A stretch of DNA of 9,030 nt from a virus (Duplodnaviria; Heunggongvirae; Uroviricota; Caudoviricetes). A program made the translations under genes and the position numbers. A model generated the notes under the pieces. It did not search any database, had not been told where the DNA came from, and saw only the letters and a program-made list of their open reading frames with translations. The DNA lies in IMG/VR virus record IMGVR_UViG_2706794687_000015; one strand, 5' to 3'. Below are positions 1 through 7,793 of this stretch, piece by piece; the first letter of the stretch is position 1; the number at the start of each line of letters is the position of its first letter.

Positions 1-2562
1 ATGAGTGCAATAGAAAATTTCGACGCCCATACGCCCATGATGCAGCAGTATCTCAGGCTGAAAGCCCAGCATCCCGAGATCCTGCTGTTTTACCGGATGG
101 GTGATTTTTATGAACTGTTTTATGACGACGCAAAACGCGCGTCGCAACTGCTGGATATTTCACTGACCAAACGCGGTGCTTCGGCGGGAGAGCCGATCCC
201 GATGGCGGGGATTCCCTACCATGCGGTGGAAAACTATCTCGCCAAACTGGTGAATCAGGGAGAGTCCGTTGCCATCTGCGAACAAATTGGCGATCCGGCG
301 ACCAGCAAAGGTCCGGTTGAGCGCAAAGTTGTGCGTATCGTTACGCCAGGCACCATCAGCGATGAAGCCCTGTTACAGGAGCGTCAGGACAACCTGCTGG
401 CGGCTATCTGGCAGGACAGCAAAGGTTTCGGCTACGCGACGCTGGATATCAGCTCCGGGCGTTTTCGCCTGAGCGAACCGGCCGACCGCGAAACGATGGC
501 GGCAGAGCTGCAACGCACTAATCCGGCGGAACTGCTGTATGCAGAAGATTTCGCCGAGATGTCGCTGATTGAAGGCCGTCGCGGCCTGCGCCGTCGCCCG
601 CTGTGGGAGTTTGAAATCGACACCGCGCGCCAGCAGTTGAATCTGCAATTTGGCACCCGCGATCTGGTCGGTTTTGGCGTCGAGAACGCGCCGCGCGGAC
701 TTTGTGCTGCCGGTTGTCTGTTGCAGTATGCGAAAGATACCCAACGCACGACCCTGCCGCATATTCGTTCTATCACCATGGAACGTGAGCAGGACAGCAT
801 CATTATGGATGCCGCGACACGTCGTAACCTGGAAATTACTCAGAACCTGGCGGGCGGTGCGGAAAATACGCTGGCTTCTGTGCTCGACTGCACCGTCACG
901 CCGATGGGTAGTCGTATGCTGAAACGCTGGCTGCATATGCCAGTGCGCGATACCCGCGTGTTGCTTGAGCGCCAGCAAACTATTGGCGCATTGCAGGATT
1001 TCACCGCCGAGTTGCAGCCGGTACTGCGTCAGGTCGGCGACCTGGAACGTATTCTGGCACGTCTGGCTTTACGAACTGCTCGCCCACGCGATCTGGCCCG
1101 TATGCGCCACGCTTTCCAGCAACTGCCGGAGCTGCGTGCGCAGTTAGAAACTGTCGATAGTGCACCGGTACAGGCGCTACGTGAGAAGATGGGCGAGTTT
1201 GCCGAGCTGCGCGATCTGCTGGAGCGAGCAATCATCGACACACCGCCGGTGCTGGTACGCGACGGTGGTGTTATCGCATCGGGCTATAACGAAGAGCTGG
1301 ATGAGTGGCGCGCGCTGGCTGACGGCGCGACCGATTATCTGGAGCGTCTGGAAGTCCGCGAGCGTGAACGTACCGGCCTGGACACGCTGAAAGTTGGCTT
1401 TAATGCGGTGCACGGCTACTACATTCAAATCAGCCGTGGGCAAAGCCATCTGGCACCCATCAACTACATGCGTCGCCAGACGCTGAAAAACGCCGAGCGC
1501 TACATCATTCCAGAGCTAAAAGAGTACGAAGATAAAGTTCTCACCTCAAAAGGCAAAGCACTGGCACTGGAAAAACAGCTTTATGAAGAGTTGTTCGACC
1601 TGCTGTTGCCGCATCTGGAAGCGTTGCAACAGAGCGCGAGCGCGCTGGCGGAACTCGACGTGCTGGTGAACCTGGCGGAACGGGCCTATACCCTGAACTA
1701 CACCTGCCCGACCTTCATTGATAAACCGGGCATTCGCATTACCGAAGGTCGCCATCCGGTAGTTGAACAAGTACTGAATGAGCCATTTATCGCTAACCCG
1801 CTGAATCTGTCGCCGCAGCGCCGTATGTTGATCATCACCGGTCCGAACATGGGCGGTAAAAGTACCTATATGCGCCAGACCGCACTGATTGCGCTGATGG
1901 CCTACATCGGCAGCTATGTACCGGCACAAAAAGTCGAGATTGGACCTATCGATCGCATCTTTACCCGCGTAGGCGCGGCAGATGACCTGGCTTCCGGGCG
2001 CTCAACCTTTATGGTGGAGATGACTGAAACCGCCAATATTTTACATAACGCCACCGAATACAGTCTGGTGTTAATGGATGAGATCGGGCGTGGAACGTCC
2101 ACCTACGATGGTCTGTCGCTGGCGTGGGCGTGCGCAGAAAATCTGGCGAATAAGATTAAGGCATTGACGCTGTTTGCCACCCACTATTTCGAGCTGACCC
2201 AGCTACCGGAGAAAATGGAAGGCGTCGCCAACGTACATCTCGATGCGCTGGAGCACGGCGACACTATCGCCTTTATGCACAGCGTGCAGGACGGCGCGGC
2301 GAGCAAAAGCTACGGTCTGGCGGTTGCTGCTCTGGCGGGCGTACCGAAAGAGGTTATTAAGCGCGCACGGCAAAAACTGCGTGAGCTGGAAAGCATTTCG
2401 CCGAACGCCGCCGCGACGCAAGTGGATGGTACGCAGATGTCTTTGCTGTCAGTGCCAGAAGAAACTTCGCCTGCGGTCGAAGCACTGGAAAATCTCGACC
2501 CGGATTCACTGACTCCGCGTCAGGCGCTGGAGTGGATTTATCGCTTGAAGAGTCTGGTGTAA
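1..2562 (+). CDS. mutS: DNA mismatch repair protein MutS, complete 853 aa
   Basis: Single long ORF from ATG at 1 to TAA at 2560-2562. N-terminal mismatch-binding motif GDFYELF, Walker [10 protein letters not shown], downstream [12 protein letters not shown]. Matches E. coli MutS length and sequence as recalled. Confidence 0.97.
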   Translation: MSAIENFDAHTPMMQQYLRLKAQHPEILLFYRMGDFYELFYDDAKRASQLLDISLTKRGASAGEPIPMAGIPYHAVENYLAKLVNQGESVAICEQIGDPATSKGPVERKVVRIVTPGTISDEALLQERQDNLLAAIWQDSKGFGYATLDISSGRFRLSEPADRETMAAELQRTNPAELLYAEDFAEMSLIEGRRGLRRRPLWEFEIDTARQQLNLQFGTRDLVGFGVENAPRGLCAAGCLLQYAKDTQRTTLPHIRSITMEREQDSIIMDAATRRNLEITQNLAGGAENTLASVLDCTVTPMGSRMLKRWLHMPVRDTRVLLERQQTIGALQDFTAELQPVLRQVGDLERILARLALRTARPRDLARMRHAFQQLPELRAQLETVDSAPVQALREKMGEFAELRDLLERAIIDTPPVLVRDGGVIASGYNEELDEWRALADGATDYLERLEVRERERTGLDTLKVGFNAVHGYYIQISRGQSHLAPINYMRRQTLKNAERYIIPELKEYEDKVLTSKGKALALEKQLYEELFDLLLPHLEALQQSASALAELDVLVNLAERAYTLNYTCPTFIDKPGIRITEGRHPVVEQVLNEPFIANPLNLSPQRRMLIITGPNMGGKSTYMRQTALIALMAYIGSYVPAQKVEIGPIDRIFTRVGAADDLASGRSTFMVEMTETANILHNATEYSLVLMDEIGRGTSTYDGLSLAWACAENLANKIKALTLFATHYFELTQLPEKMEGVANVHLDALEHGDTIAFMHSVQDGAASKSYGLAVAALAGVPKEVIKRARQKLRELESISPNAAATQVDGTQMSLLSVPEETSPAVEALENLDPDSLTPRQALEWIYRLKSLV

Positions 2563-2567
2563 TAACA

Positions 2568-2596
2568 ATTCCCGATAGTCTTTTGCTATCGGGAAT
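2568..2596. terminator. Inverted repeat just downstream of mutS stop; possible terminator
   Basis: ATTCCCGATAG (2568-2578), 7-nt loop TCTTTTG, CTATCGGGAAT (2586-2596): 11-bp perfect stem. Flanking sequence is AT-rich but has no clean U-tract, so terminator function is uncertain. Confidence 0.35.
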
Positions 2597-2667
2597 ATTA
2601 ACGACAACTGACGAATCAAATAAAAATACCCTGTATAATAGGAAAGCTTATTTTACAGGGTAAAACC

Positions 2668-3085
2668 ATGCCATCTACACGCTATCAAAAAATCAATGCC
2701 CATCACTATCGCCATATATGGGTCGTTGGTGATATTCATGGTGAATATCAGTTATTACAATCCCGTTAACATCAACTCTCTTTTTACCCTGAAACCGACT
2801 TACTTATTTCCACAGGCGATAATATTGATCGTGGGCCGAAGAGTCTTAACGTGCTGCGCCTGCTAAACCACCCCTGGTTTACGTCGGTTAAAGGCAACCA
2901 CGAAGCGATGGCGTTGGATGCATTCGAAACTGGCGATGGAAATATGTGGCTTGCCAGCGGTGGTGACTGGTTTTTCGATTTAAATGATTCAGAGCAACAA
3001 GAGGCAATAGATCTGTTGCTGAAATTCCATCACCTTCCACATATTATTGAAATCATTAATGACAACATAAAATATGCCATCGCAC
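2668..3085 (+). pseudogene. pphB: Serine/threonine protein phosphatase 2 (PPP family), inactivated by premature stop and 3' truncation at IS1
   Basis: ATG at 2668 with AGGG 7 nt upstream. Translation gives MPSTRYQKINAHHYRHIWVVGDIHGEYQLLQSR, then in-frame TAA at 2767-2769. The same frame continues ...GDNIDRGP...GNHEAMA... (PPP motifs GDxHG, GDxxDRG, GNHE) up to 3085, where the IS1 end begins. About 139 codons remain of an expected ~218. Confidence 0.85.
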
Positions 3086-3100
3086 GGTAATGACTCCAAC

Positions 3101-3604
3101 TTATTGATAGTGTTTTATGTTCAGATAATGCCCGATGACTTTGTCATGCAGCTCCACCGATTTTGAGAACGACAGCGACTTCCGTCCCAGCCGTGCCAGG
3201 TGCTGCCTCAGATTCAGGTTATGCCGCTCAATTCGCTGCGTATATCGCTTGCTGATTACGTGCAGCTTTCCCTTCAGGCGGGATTCATACAGCGGCCAGC
3301 CATCCGTCATCCATATCACCACGTCAAAGGGTGACAGCAGGCTCATAAGACGCCCCAGCGTCGCCATAGTGCGTTCACCGAATACGTGCGCAACAACCGT
3401 CTTCCGGAGACTGTCATACGCGTAAAACAGCCAGCGCTGGCGCGATTTAGCCCCGACATAGCCCCACTGTTCGTCCATTTCCGCGCAGACGATGACGTCA
3501 CTGCCCGGCTGTATGCGCGAGGTTACCGACTGCGGCCTGAGTTTTTTAAGTGACGTAAAATCGTGTTGAGGCCAACGCCCATAATGCGTGCAGTTGCCCG
3601 GCAT
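3101..3604 (-). CDS. insB: IS1 InsB frame (167 aa), expressed as InsAB' fusion by -1 frameshift
   Basis: [19 protein letters not shown]... overlapping the insA 3' end in the -1 frame; canonical IS1 organisation. Confidence 0.9.
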
Positions 3605-3798
3605 CCAACGCCATTCATGGCCATATCAATGATTTTCTGGTGCGTACCGGGTTGAGAAGCGGTGTAAGTGAACTGCAGTTGCCATGTTTTACGGCAGTGA
3701 GAGCAGAGATAGCGCTGATGTCCGGCAGTGCTTTTGCCGTTACGCACCACCCCGTCAGTAGCTGAACAGGAGGGACAGCTGATAGAAACAGAAGCCAC
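3523..3798 (-). CDS. insA: IS1 InsA (91 aa), transposition inhibitor / N-terminal part of InsAB' transposase
   Basis: [42 protein letters not shown]... recognised as IS1 InsA with its zinc-finger Cys cluster. Confidence 0.93.
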
Positions 3799-3853
3799 TG
3801 GAGCACCTCAAAAACACCATCATACACTAAATCAGTAAGTTGGCAGCATCACC

Positions 3854-3944
3854 NNNNNNNNNNNNNNNNNNNNNNNNNNNNNNNNNNNNNNNNNNNNNNN
3901 NNNNNNNNNNNNNNNNNNNNNNNNNNNNNNNNNNNNNNNNNNNN
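3854..3944. other. Run of 91 N (assembly or scaffold gap, or masked sequence) between two IS1 copies
   Basis: Literal N characters in the sequence. Flanked on each side by a complete IS1 copy. Confidence 0.95.
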
Positions 3945-3959
3945 GGTAATGACTCCAAC

Positions 3960-4463
3960 TTATTGATAGTGTTTTATGTTCAGATAATGCCCGATGACTT
4001 TGTCATGCAGCTCCACCGATTTTGAGAACGACAGCGACTTCCGTCCCAGCCGTGCCAGGTGCTGCCTCAGATTCAGGTTATGCCGCTCAATTCGCTGCGT
4101 ATATCGCTTGCTGATTACGTGCAGCTTTCCCTTCAGGCGGGATTCATACAGCGGCCAGCCATCCGTCATCCATATCACCACGTCAAAGGGTGACAGCAGG
4201 CTCATAAGACGCCCCAGCGTCGCCATAGTGCGTTCACCGAATACGTGCGCAACAACCGTCTTCCGGAGACTGTCATACGCGTAAAACAGCCAGCGCTGGC
4301 GCGATTTAGCCCCGACATAGCCCCACTGTTCGTCCATTTCCGCGCAGACGATGACGTCACTGCCCGGCTGTATGCGCGAGGTTACCGACTGCGGCCTGAG
4401 TTTTTTAAGTGACGTAAAATCGTGTTGAGGCCAACGCCCATAATGCGTGCAGTTGCCCGGCAT
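3960..4463 (-). CDS. insB: IS1 InsB frame (167 aa)
   Basis: Protein identical to the copy 1 InsB. Confidence 0.9.
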
Positions 4464-4657
4464 CCAACGCCATTCATGGCCATATCAATGATTTTCTGGT
4501 GCGTACCGGGTTGAGAAGCGGTGTAAGTGAACTGCAGTTGCCATGTTTTACGGCAGTGAGAGCAGAGATAGCGCTGATGTCCGGCAGTGCTTTTGCCGTT
4601 ACGCACCACCCCGTCAGTAGCTGAACAGGAGGGACAGCTGATAGAAACAGAAGCCAC
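4382..4657 (-). CDS. insA: IS1 InsA (91 aa)
   Basis: Protein identical to the copy 1 InsA. Confidence 0.93.
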
Positions 4658-4819
4658 TGGAGCACCTCAAAAACACCATCATACACTAAATCAGTAAGTT
4701 GGCAGCATCACCGAAGTGGTAAAGAAGATAATAAAGAATAATATTTAGGGTTATAGGTCTTAGCCCATTTTAAATGGAAGGCAGACATGCAGCCATGCAT
4801 ACTTCGCATGGCAACATAA

Positions 4820-5161
4820 TTATTTAGACAAACTATCTAATTTTTGCGTCGCTTTTTGTGTTAGGTCGCTGTAACTGATAAACCCTACGTTAGCACCTAC
4901 AATTAACACTAAGAACACTAAGCTGCATATGGATAGAGTGGCAGATTTATGCTTATGGAAAACAAAATATGCTACTATTGCACTTAATATGAAGGAAATG
5001 AATAGAAATATAGATGTTGATGTTTTTAGATATTTTTCAGGAAATAATGGGTGAGCAATAATGTATACAAGATTAAGTAGTATATAAATTGCTACCGGAA
5101 TGAAAATCATGCTCCAGTGTGTATCTTTTTTGGGAGGGATTGGCTGCAAATAATCAGACAC
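4820..5161 (-). CDS. Hypothetical small integral membrane protein, 3 predicted TM helices (113 aa from GTG at 5161, or 96 aa from ATG at 5110)
   Basis: Minus-strand ORF ending TAA (plus 4820-4822). Three hydrophobic stretches: IFIPVAIYILLNLVYIIA, IFLFISFILSAIVAYFVF, ICSLVFLVLIVGANVGFI. Very AT-rich codon usage. No family recognised. Start codon ambiguous: GTG at 5161 has a weak GGA upstream; internal ATG at 5110 has GGAG only 1 nt upstream. Confidence 0.55.
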   Translation of the reverse strand: MSDYLQPIPPKKDTHWSMIFIPVAIYILLNLVYIIAHPLFPEKYLKTSTSIFLFISFILSAIVAYFVFHKHKSATLSICSLVFLVLIVGANVGFISYSDLTQKATQKLDSLSK

Positions 5162-5243
5162 CGTTTTTCCATCAGTTTCAAGAAGAATTACTAGATCTCT
5201 TACTTCACCACTGACTTGAGTGCATCCTTAGTAGTAATGTTAA

Positions 5244-5621
5244 TCATTTTTTCCCTCCAAATACGATGCCCTCTACGTCTTTGGAAGCTTTTTGTGATGA
5301 CCACTCCTCTGAATCAGGTGATTTAATTAAAAATATTGTATCTCCATCAAAAATCGTATTTGTTCCGTAAAAATTCACATTTGATAGATCACCACCAAAA
5401 ACCCTCTGCCCACTCGAGGTAATTGCCTCACCTAATTTAGTAAAATTACCAGCAATAGATGATTTTCTTTTTCCACTTCTATTCAAAGTGGCTTTAATTA
5501 CACCACCACCATCCTTAGAGTTAAATAATTGAATGTCCACTCCAGCAGTTGGTTGTATATATTTTGAAAGCTCTTTCTTGAACTTGTTAATATATTTATC
5601 TTTGTTTTCTTTGTTGGTCAT
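5244..5621 (-). CDS. Hypothetical soluble protein, 125 aa, Lys/Gly/Ser-rich, no Cys or His
   Basis: Minus-strand ORF MTNKENKDKYINKFKKELSKYIQPTAGVDIQLFNSKDGGGVIK...IVFGGKK from ATG at 5621. No signal peptide or TM segment. AT-rich. Lies 82 bp upstream of the membrane-protein ORF on the same strand, which suggests a two-gene operon. No family recognised. Confidence 0.6.
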   Translation of the reverse strand: MTNKENKDKYINKFKKELSKYIQPTAGVDIQLFNSKDGGGVIKATLNRSGKRKSSIAGNFTKLGEAITSSGQRVFGGDLSNVNFYGTNTIFDGDTIFLIKSPDSEEWSSQKASKDVEGIVFGGKK

Positions 5622-5658
5622 TGGTTAGATCCATAGTTCTGGCTGTGATTAGGTGAAA

Positions 5659-5664
5659 GTATAC
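5659..5664 (-). promoter_or_regulatory. Candidate -10 element (TATACT on minus strand) for the two-gene cassette
   Basis: TATACT about 38 nt upstream of the ATG at 5621 on the minus strand. No convincing -35 found. Weak, by-eye prediction only. Confidence 0.2.
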
Positions 5665-5793
5665 AAGGTTTTTAAAGCGAAGATCACTGTTTTGGCTTCA
5701 AGATAGTTTTGATTTATCGTAATCAATCCGCCATAATCCTCTCATCGGAGCCTGAACAACTCCGGTGACTTCTGCGCATTTAAGGGGACTTAA

Positions 5794-5889
5794 ATGCGAC
5801 CACAATCTGAACTCATCACCTTGTCACAGATGCAGAAATGCACCTGCGATTTTCTGCATTCTGCGGTTTCCGTTAGGGAGGCCGTATGA
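5794..5889 (+). CDS. ylcH: Small ORF (31 aa) translationally coupled to ybcN; possibly ylcH-like
   Basis: ATG at 5794 preceded by AAGGGGA. Encodes MRPQSELITLSQMQKCTCDFLHSAVSVREAV. Its TGA (5887-5889) overlaps the ybcN ATG (5886-5888) as ATGA. Position matches ylcH upstream of ybcN in DLP12, but the protein sequence was not verified from memory. Confidence 0.4.
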   Translation: MRPQSELITLSQMQKCTCDFLHSAVSVREAV

Positions 5890-6341
5890 CTCTGCCAGTA
5901 GACGGCATCAAACTCCATCGCGGTAACTTCGCGGCCATCGGCCAGCAGATTCAGCCATTGCTGGATGCCGGGCAATGCTTACGCCTGCAGGTTAAGCCGT
6001 GGCGCGAGAAGCGCAGCCTGTCGCAGAACGCGCTCAGCCACATGTGGTACACGGAGATCAGCGAATATCTCATCGCCCGCGGCAAGACCTTCGCTACGCC
6101 TGAGTGGGTCAAAGACGCGATGAAGCACACCTATCTCGGCTACGAAAGCAAAGACCGTGTAGATGTCGTGTCCGGCGAGGTCACCACCGTCCAATCCCTC
6201 CGCCATACGTCAGAGCTGGAAACCGGCGAGATGTACATCTTCCTGTGCAAAGTCGAAGCCTGGGCGATGAATATCGGCTGCCACCTGACAATTCCGCAGA
6301 GCTGTGAATACCAGCAGCTGCGCGATAAGCAGGAGGCGTAA
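5886..6341 (+). CDS. ybcN: Lambdoid prophage NinB/Orf-family protein YbcN (151 aa)
   Basis: ATG at 5886 with AGGGAGG 5 nt upstream. Protein MTLPVDGIKLHRGNF...REKRSLSQNALSHMW... shares the RSLxQN core with lambda NinB (Orf). Matches DLP12 YbcN in length and sequence as recalled. Confidence 0.85.
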   Translation: MTLPVDGIKLHRGNFAAIGQQIQPLLDAGQCLRLQVKPWREKRSLSQNALSHMWYTEISEYLIARGKTFATPEWVKDAMKHTYLGYESKDRVDVVSGEVTTVQSLRHTSELETGEMYIFLCKVEAWAMNIGCHLTIPQSCEYQQLRDKQEA

Positions 6342-6511
6342 TGGCTACACCGCTTATTCGTGTCATGAACGGGCACATCTACAGAGTATCAAATCGTCGT
6401 AAGCGTAAGCCTGAGCTGAAGCCATCCGAAATACCAACACTGCTCGGATATACCGCTAGCCTGGTTGATAAAAAATGGTTGCGACTGGCAGCAAGGAGGA
6501 ATCATGGCTGA
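6341..6511 (+). CDS. ninE: Prophage NinE-family protein (56 aa)
   Basis: ATG at 6341 overlaps the ybcN stop (TAATG). Encodes [56 protein letters not shown]. Its TGA overlaps the ybcO start (ATGGCTGA). Below the length cutoff of the supplied ORF track. Confidence 0.8.
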   Translation: MATPLIRVMNGHIYRVSNRRKRKPELKPSEIPTLLGYTASLVDKKWLRLAARRNHG

Positions 6512-6794
6512 TTTGAGAAAAGCAGCGCGTGGTCGGGAATGCCAGGTAAGAATCCCTGGCGTATGTAATGGCAATCCTGAAACGTCAGTACTGGCACATA
6601 TCCGGCTGGCTGGATTGTGCGGTACCGGTATCAAACCGCCAGACCTGATTGCCACCATTGCATGTTCTGCCTGTCACGACGAAATCGACCGCCGCACATA
6701 TTTTGTCGATGCTGAGTATGCAAAAGAATGCGCGCTGGAAGGTATGGCGAGAACGCAGGTTATCTGGCTGAAAGAGGGGGTTATTAAGGCGTGA
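6504..6794 (+). CDS. ybcO: Prophage DUF1364-family Cys-rich protein YbcO (96 aa), putative zinc-binding nuclease
   Basis: ATG at 6504 with AGGAGG 4 nt upstream (the track ORF begins at an upstream in-frame ATG at 6465). Protein [23 protein letters not shown]...[11 protein letters not shown] has a Cys4 plus His cluster. Matches YbcO as recalled. Confidence 0.85.
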   Translation: MADLRKAARGRECQVRIPGVCNGNPETSVLAHIRLAGLCGTGIKPPDLIATIACSACHDEIDRRTYFVDAEYAKECALEGMARTQVIWLKEGVIKA

Positions 6795-7153
6795 ATACCT
6801 ACAGCATCACATTACCCTGGCCTCCGAGCAATAACCGCTATTACCGCCATAATCGCGGGCGCACACACATCAGCGCAGAAGGGCAGGCATACCGCGATAA
6901 CGTCACCCGAATCATTAAAAACGCAATGCTGGATATCGGCCTGGCTATGCCAGTGAAAATCCGTATTGAGTGCCACATGCCGGATCGCCGTCGCCGTGAC
7001 CTGGATAATCTGCAAAAAGCCGCTTTTGACGCACTCACCAAAGCAGGTTTCTGGCTGGATGATGCTCAGGTCGTTGATTACCGCGTTGTGAAGATGCCTG
7101 TTACCAAAGGTGGGAGGCTGGAACTGACCATCACCGAAATGGGGAATGAATGA
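6791..7153 (+). CDS. rusA: Holliday junction resolvase RusA (120 aa)
   Basis: GTG start at 6791 overlapping the ybcO stop (GTGA). Protein [24 protein letters not shown]... contains the acidic catalytic region RRDLDNL ... [11 protein letters not shown]. Matches E. coli RusA as recalled. Confidence 0.9.
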   Translation: MNTYSITLPWPPSNNRYYRHNRGRTHISAEGQAYRDNVTRIIKNAMLDIGLAMPVKIRIECHMPDRRRRDLDNLQKAAFDALTKAGFWLDDAQVVDYRVVKMPVTKGGRLELTITEMGNE

Positions 7154-7290
7154 TGTTTGAGTTTTATATGGCAGAACTTCTTCGCCACCGCTGGGGGCAT
7201 CTGCGCTTATATCGTTTCCCCGGTTCTGTTTTGACCGATTACCGAATACTGAAGAATTACGCCAAAACCCTGACAGGAGCAGGAGTATGA
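7150..7290 (+). CDS. ylcG: Small prophage protein YlcG (46 aa)
   Basis: Tandem ATGs at 7150 and 7153 overlap the rusA stop (ATGATG). Encodes [46 protein letters not shown], stop TGA at 7288-7290. Below the length cutoff of the supplied ORF track. Confidence 0.7.
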   Translation: MMFEFYMAELLRHRWGHLRLYRFPGSVLTDYRILKNYAKTLTGAGV

Positions 7291-7375
7291 AGTCAGAGAT
7301 AACAATCAACTAATACTGTTTTGTTGATTTTTGCTTGTAATTGGCGTTCTGGTCTGATTTTTGTGGAGTAAGTTG

Positions 7376-7759
7376 ATGCGTGATATTCAGATGGTTCTTG
7401 AGCGTTGGGGAGCGTGGGCGGCTAATAATCATGAAGATGTGACCTGGTCGTCCATTGCCGCCGGTTTTAAGGGATTAATTACTTCAAAAGTAAAATCTCG
7501 CCCGCAATGTTGTGACGATGACGCGATGATTATTTGCGGGTGCATGGCCCGTCTGAAAAAGAACAACAGCGATTTGCACGATTTATTAGTAGATTATTAT
7601 GTAGTCGGTATGACATTCATGTCACTGGCAGGTAAGCATTGCTGCTCTGATGGTTATATCGGGAAAAGGTTACAGAAGGCTGAGGGCATAATTGAAGGGA
7701 TGTTAATGGCATTAGATATCCGGTTAGAGATGGATATCGTTGTTAATAACTCTAATTAA
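7376..7759 (+). CDS. quuD: Late-gene antiterminator Q (127 aa)
   Basis: ATG at 7376 with GGAG 7 nt upstream (the track ORF starts at an upstream TTG). Protein [24 protein letters not shown]...[16 protein letters not shown]... has the Cys-rich zinc-binding region. Matches DLP12 QuuD as recalled. Confidence 0.85.
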   Translation: MRDIQMVLERWGAWAANNHEDVTWSSIAAGFKGLITSKVKSRPQCCDDDAMIICGCMARLKKNNSDLHDLLVDYYVVGMTFMSLAGKHCCSDGYIGKRLQKAEGIIEGMLMALDIRLEMDIVVNNSN

Positions 7760-7793
7760 TATGCCAATTGTTTACTAAAAATTATTAAAAATG

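Larger units (their letters stand above)
3086..3853 (-). mobile_element. IS1 insertion sequence, copy 1, complete 768 bp
   Basis: Begins GGTAATGACTCCAACTTATTGATAGTG and ends ...CAGTAAGTTGGCAGCATCACC, the IS1 terminal inverted repeats. Contains insA and insB on the minus strand with the A6C frameshift motif (plus-strand GTTTTTT at 3541-3547). Confidence 0.95.
3945..4712 (-). mobile_element. IS1 insertion sequence, copy 2, complete 768 bp, identical to copy 1
   Basis: Same termini as copy 1. The insA and insB protein translations are identical to copy 1 and the DNA segments I compared match. Same orientation as copy 1. Confidence 0.95.

Noticed and set aside
269-2512. Numerous 60-200-aa ORFs on both strands inside mutS (for example 373-978 minus, 1546-1929 minus, 2243-2512 plus)
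   Set aside because: They lie entirely within the well-supported 853-aa mutS frame. Such overlapping open frames are expected by chance in moderately GC-rich coding sequence and show no RBS or recognisable protein features.
2668-3085. The phosphatase gene as the prophage NinI (lambda-type Ser/Thr phosphatase) of the adjacent nin region
   Set aside because: It sits about 100 bp downstream of mutS, as chromosomal pphB does, and is separated from the prophage genes by two IS1 copies, the gap and the AT-rich cassette. The homology to phage phosphatases is a family relationship and not evidence of linkage here.
3840-4025. ORF translated through the N run (MAASXXXX...)
   Set aside because: Artefact of translating ambiguous bases across the gap.
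3135-4284. 96-aa plus-strand ORFs inside each IS1 copy (3135-3425 and 3994-4284)
   Set aside because: Antisense to insB within a canonical IS1. Not part of the known IS1 coding repertoire.
5244-5621. Possible double-glycine leader (bacteriocin or microcin precursor) in the 125-aa protein, suggested by ELSKYIQPTAG and a GGG run
   Set aside because: The N-terminus is far more charged and longer than class II microcin leaders, there is no GG/GA cleavage site in the right register, and the remainder is hydrophilic and Lys-rich, unlike microcin cores.
3086-7153. IS1 acting as an upstream activator of cryptic rusA, by analogy with IS-activated rus alleles
   Set aside because: The IS1 copies are about 3 kb upstream of rusA, oriented with their genes on the opposite strand, and separated by an opposite-strand cassette. 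Nothing in the sequence supports an outward promoter.
5790-7309. Minus-strand ORFs overlapping ybcN/ninE/ybcO/rusA (5790-5975, 5979-6206, 6140-6376, 6181-6378, 6389-6658, 6812-7309, 6841-7041) and the plus-strand 6104-6307
   Set aside because: Antisense or out-of-frame to the compact, translationally coupled nin genes, which have good RBS and recognisable products. Their translations are Arg/Ser/Cys-rich low-complexity sequences typical of spurious frames.
7288-7320. 8-codon ORF (ATGAAGTCAGAGATAACAATCAACTAA) immediately after ylcG
   Set aside because: Too short to call with no supporting features. Likely fortuitous.
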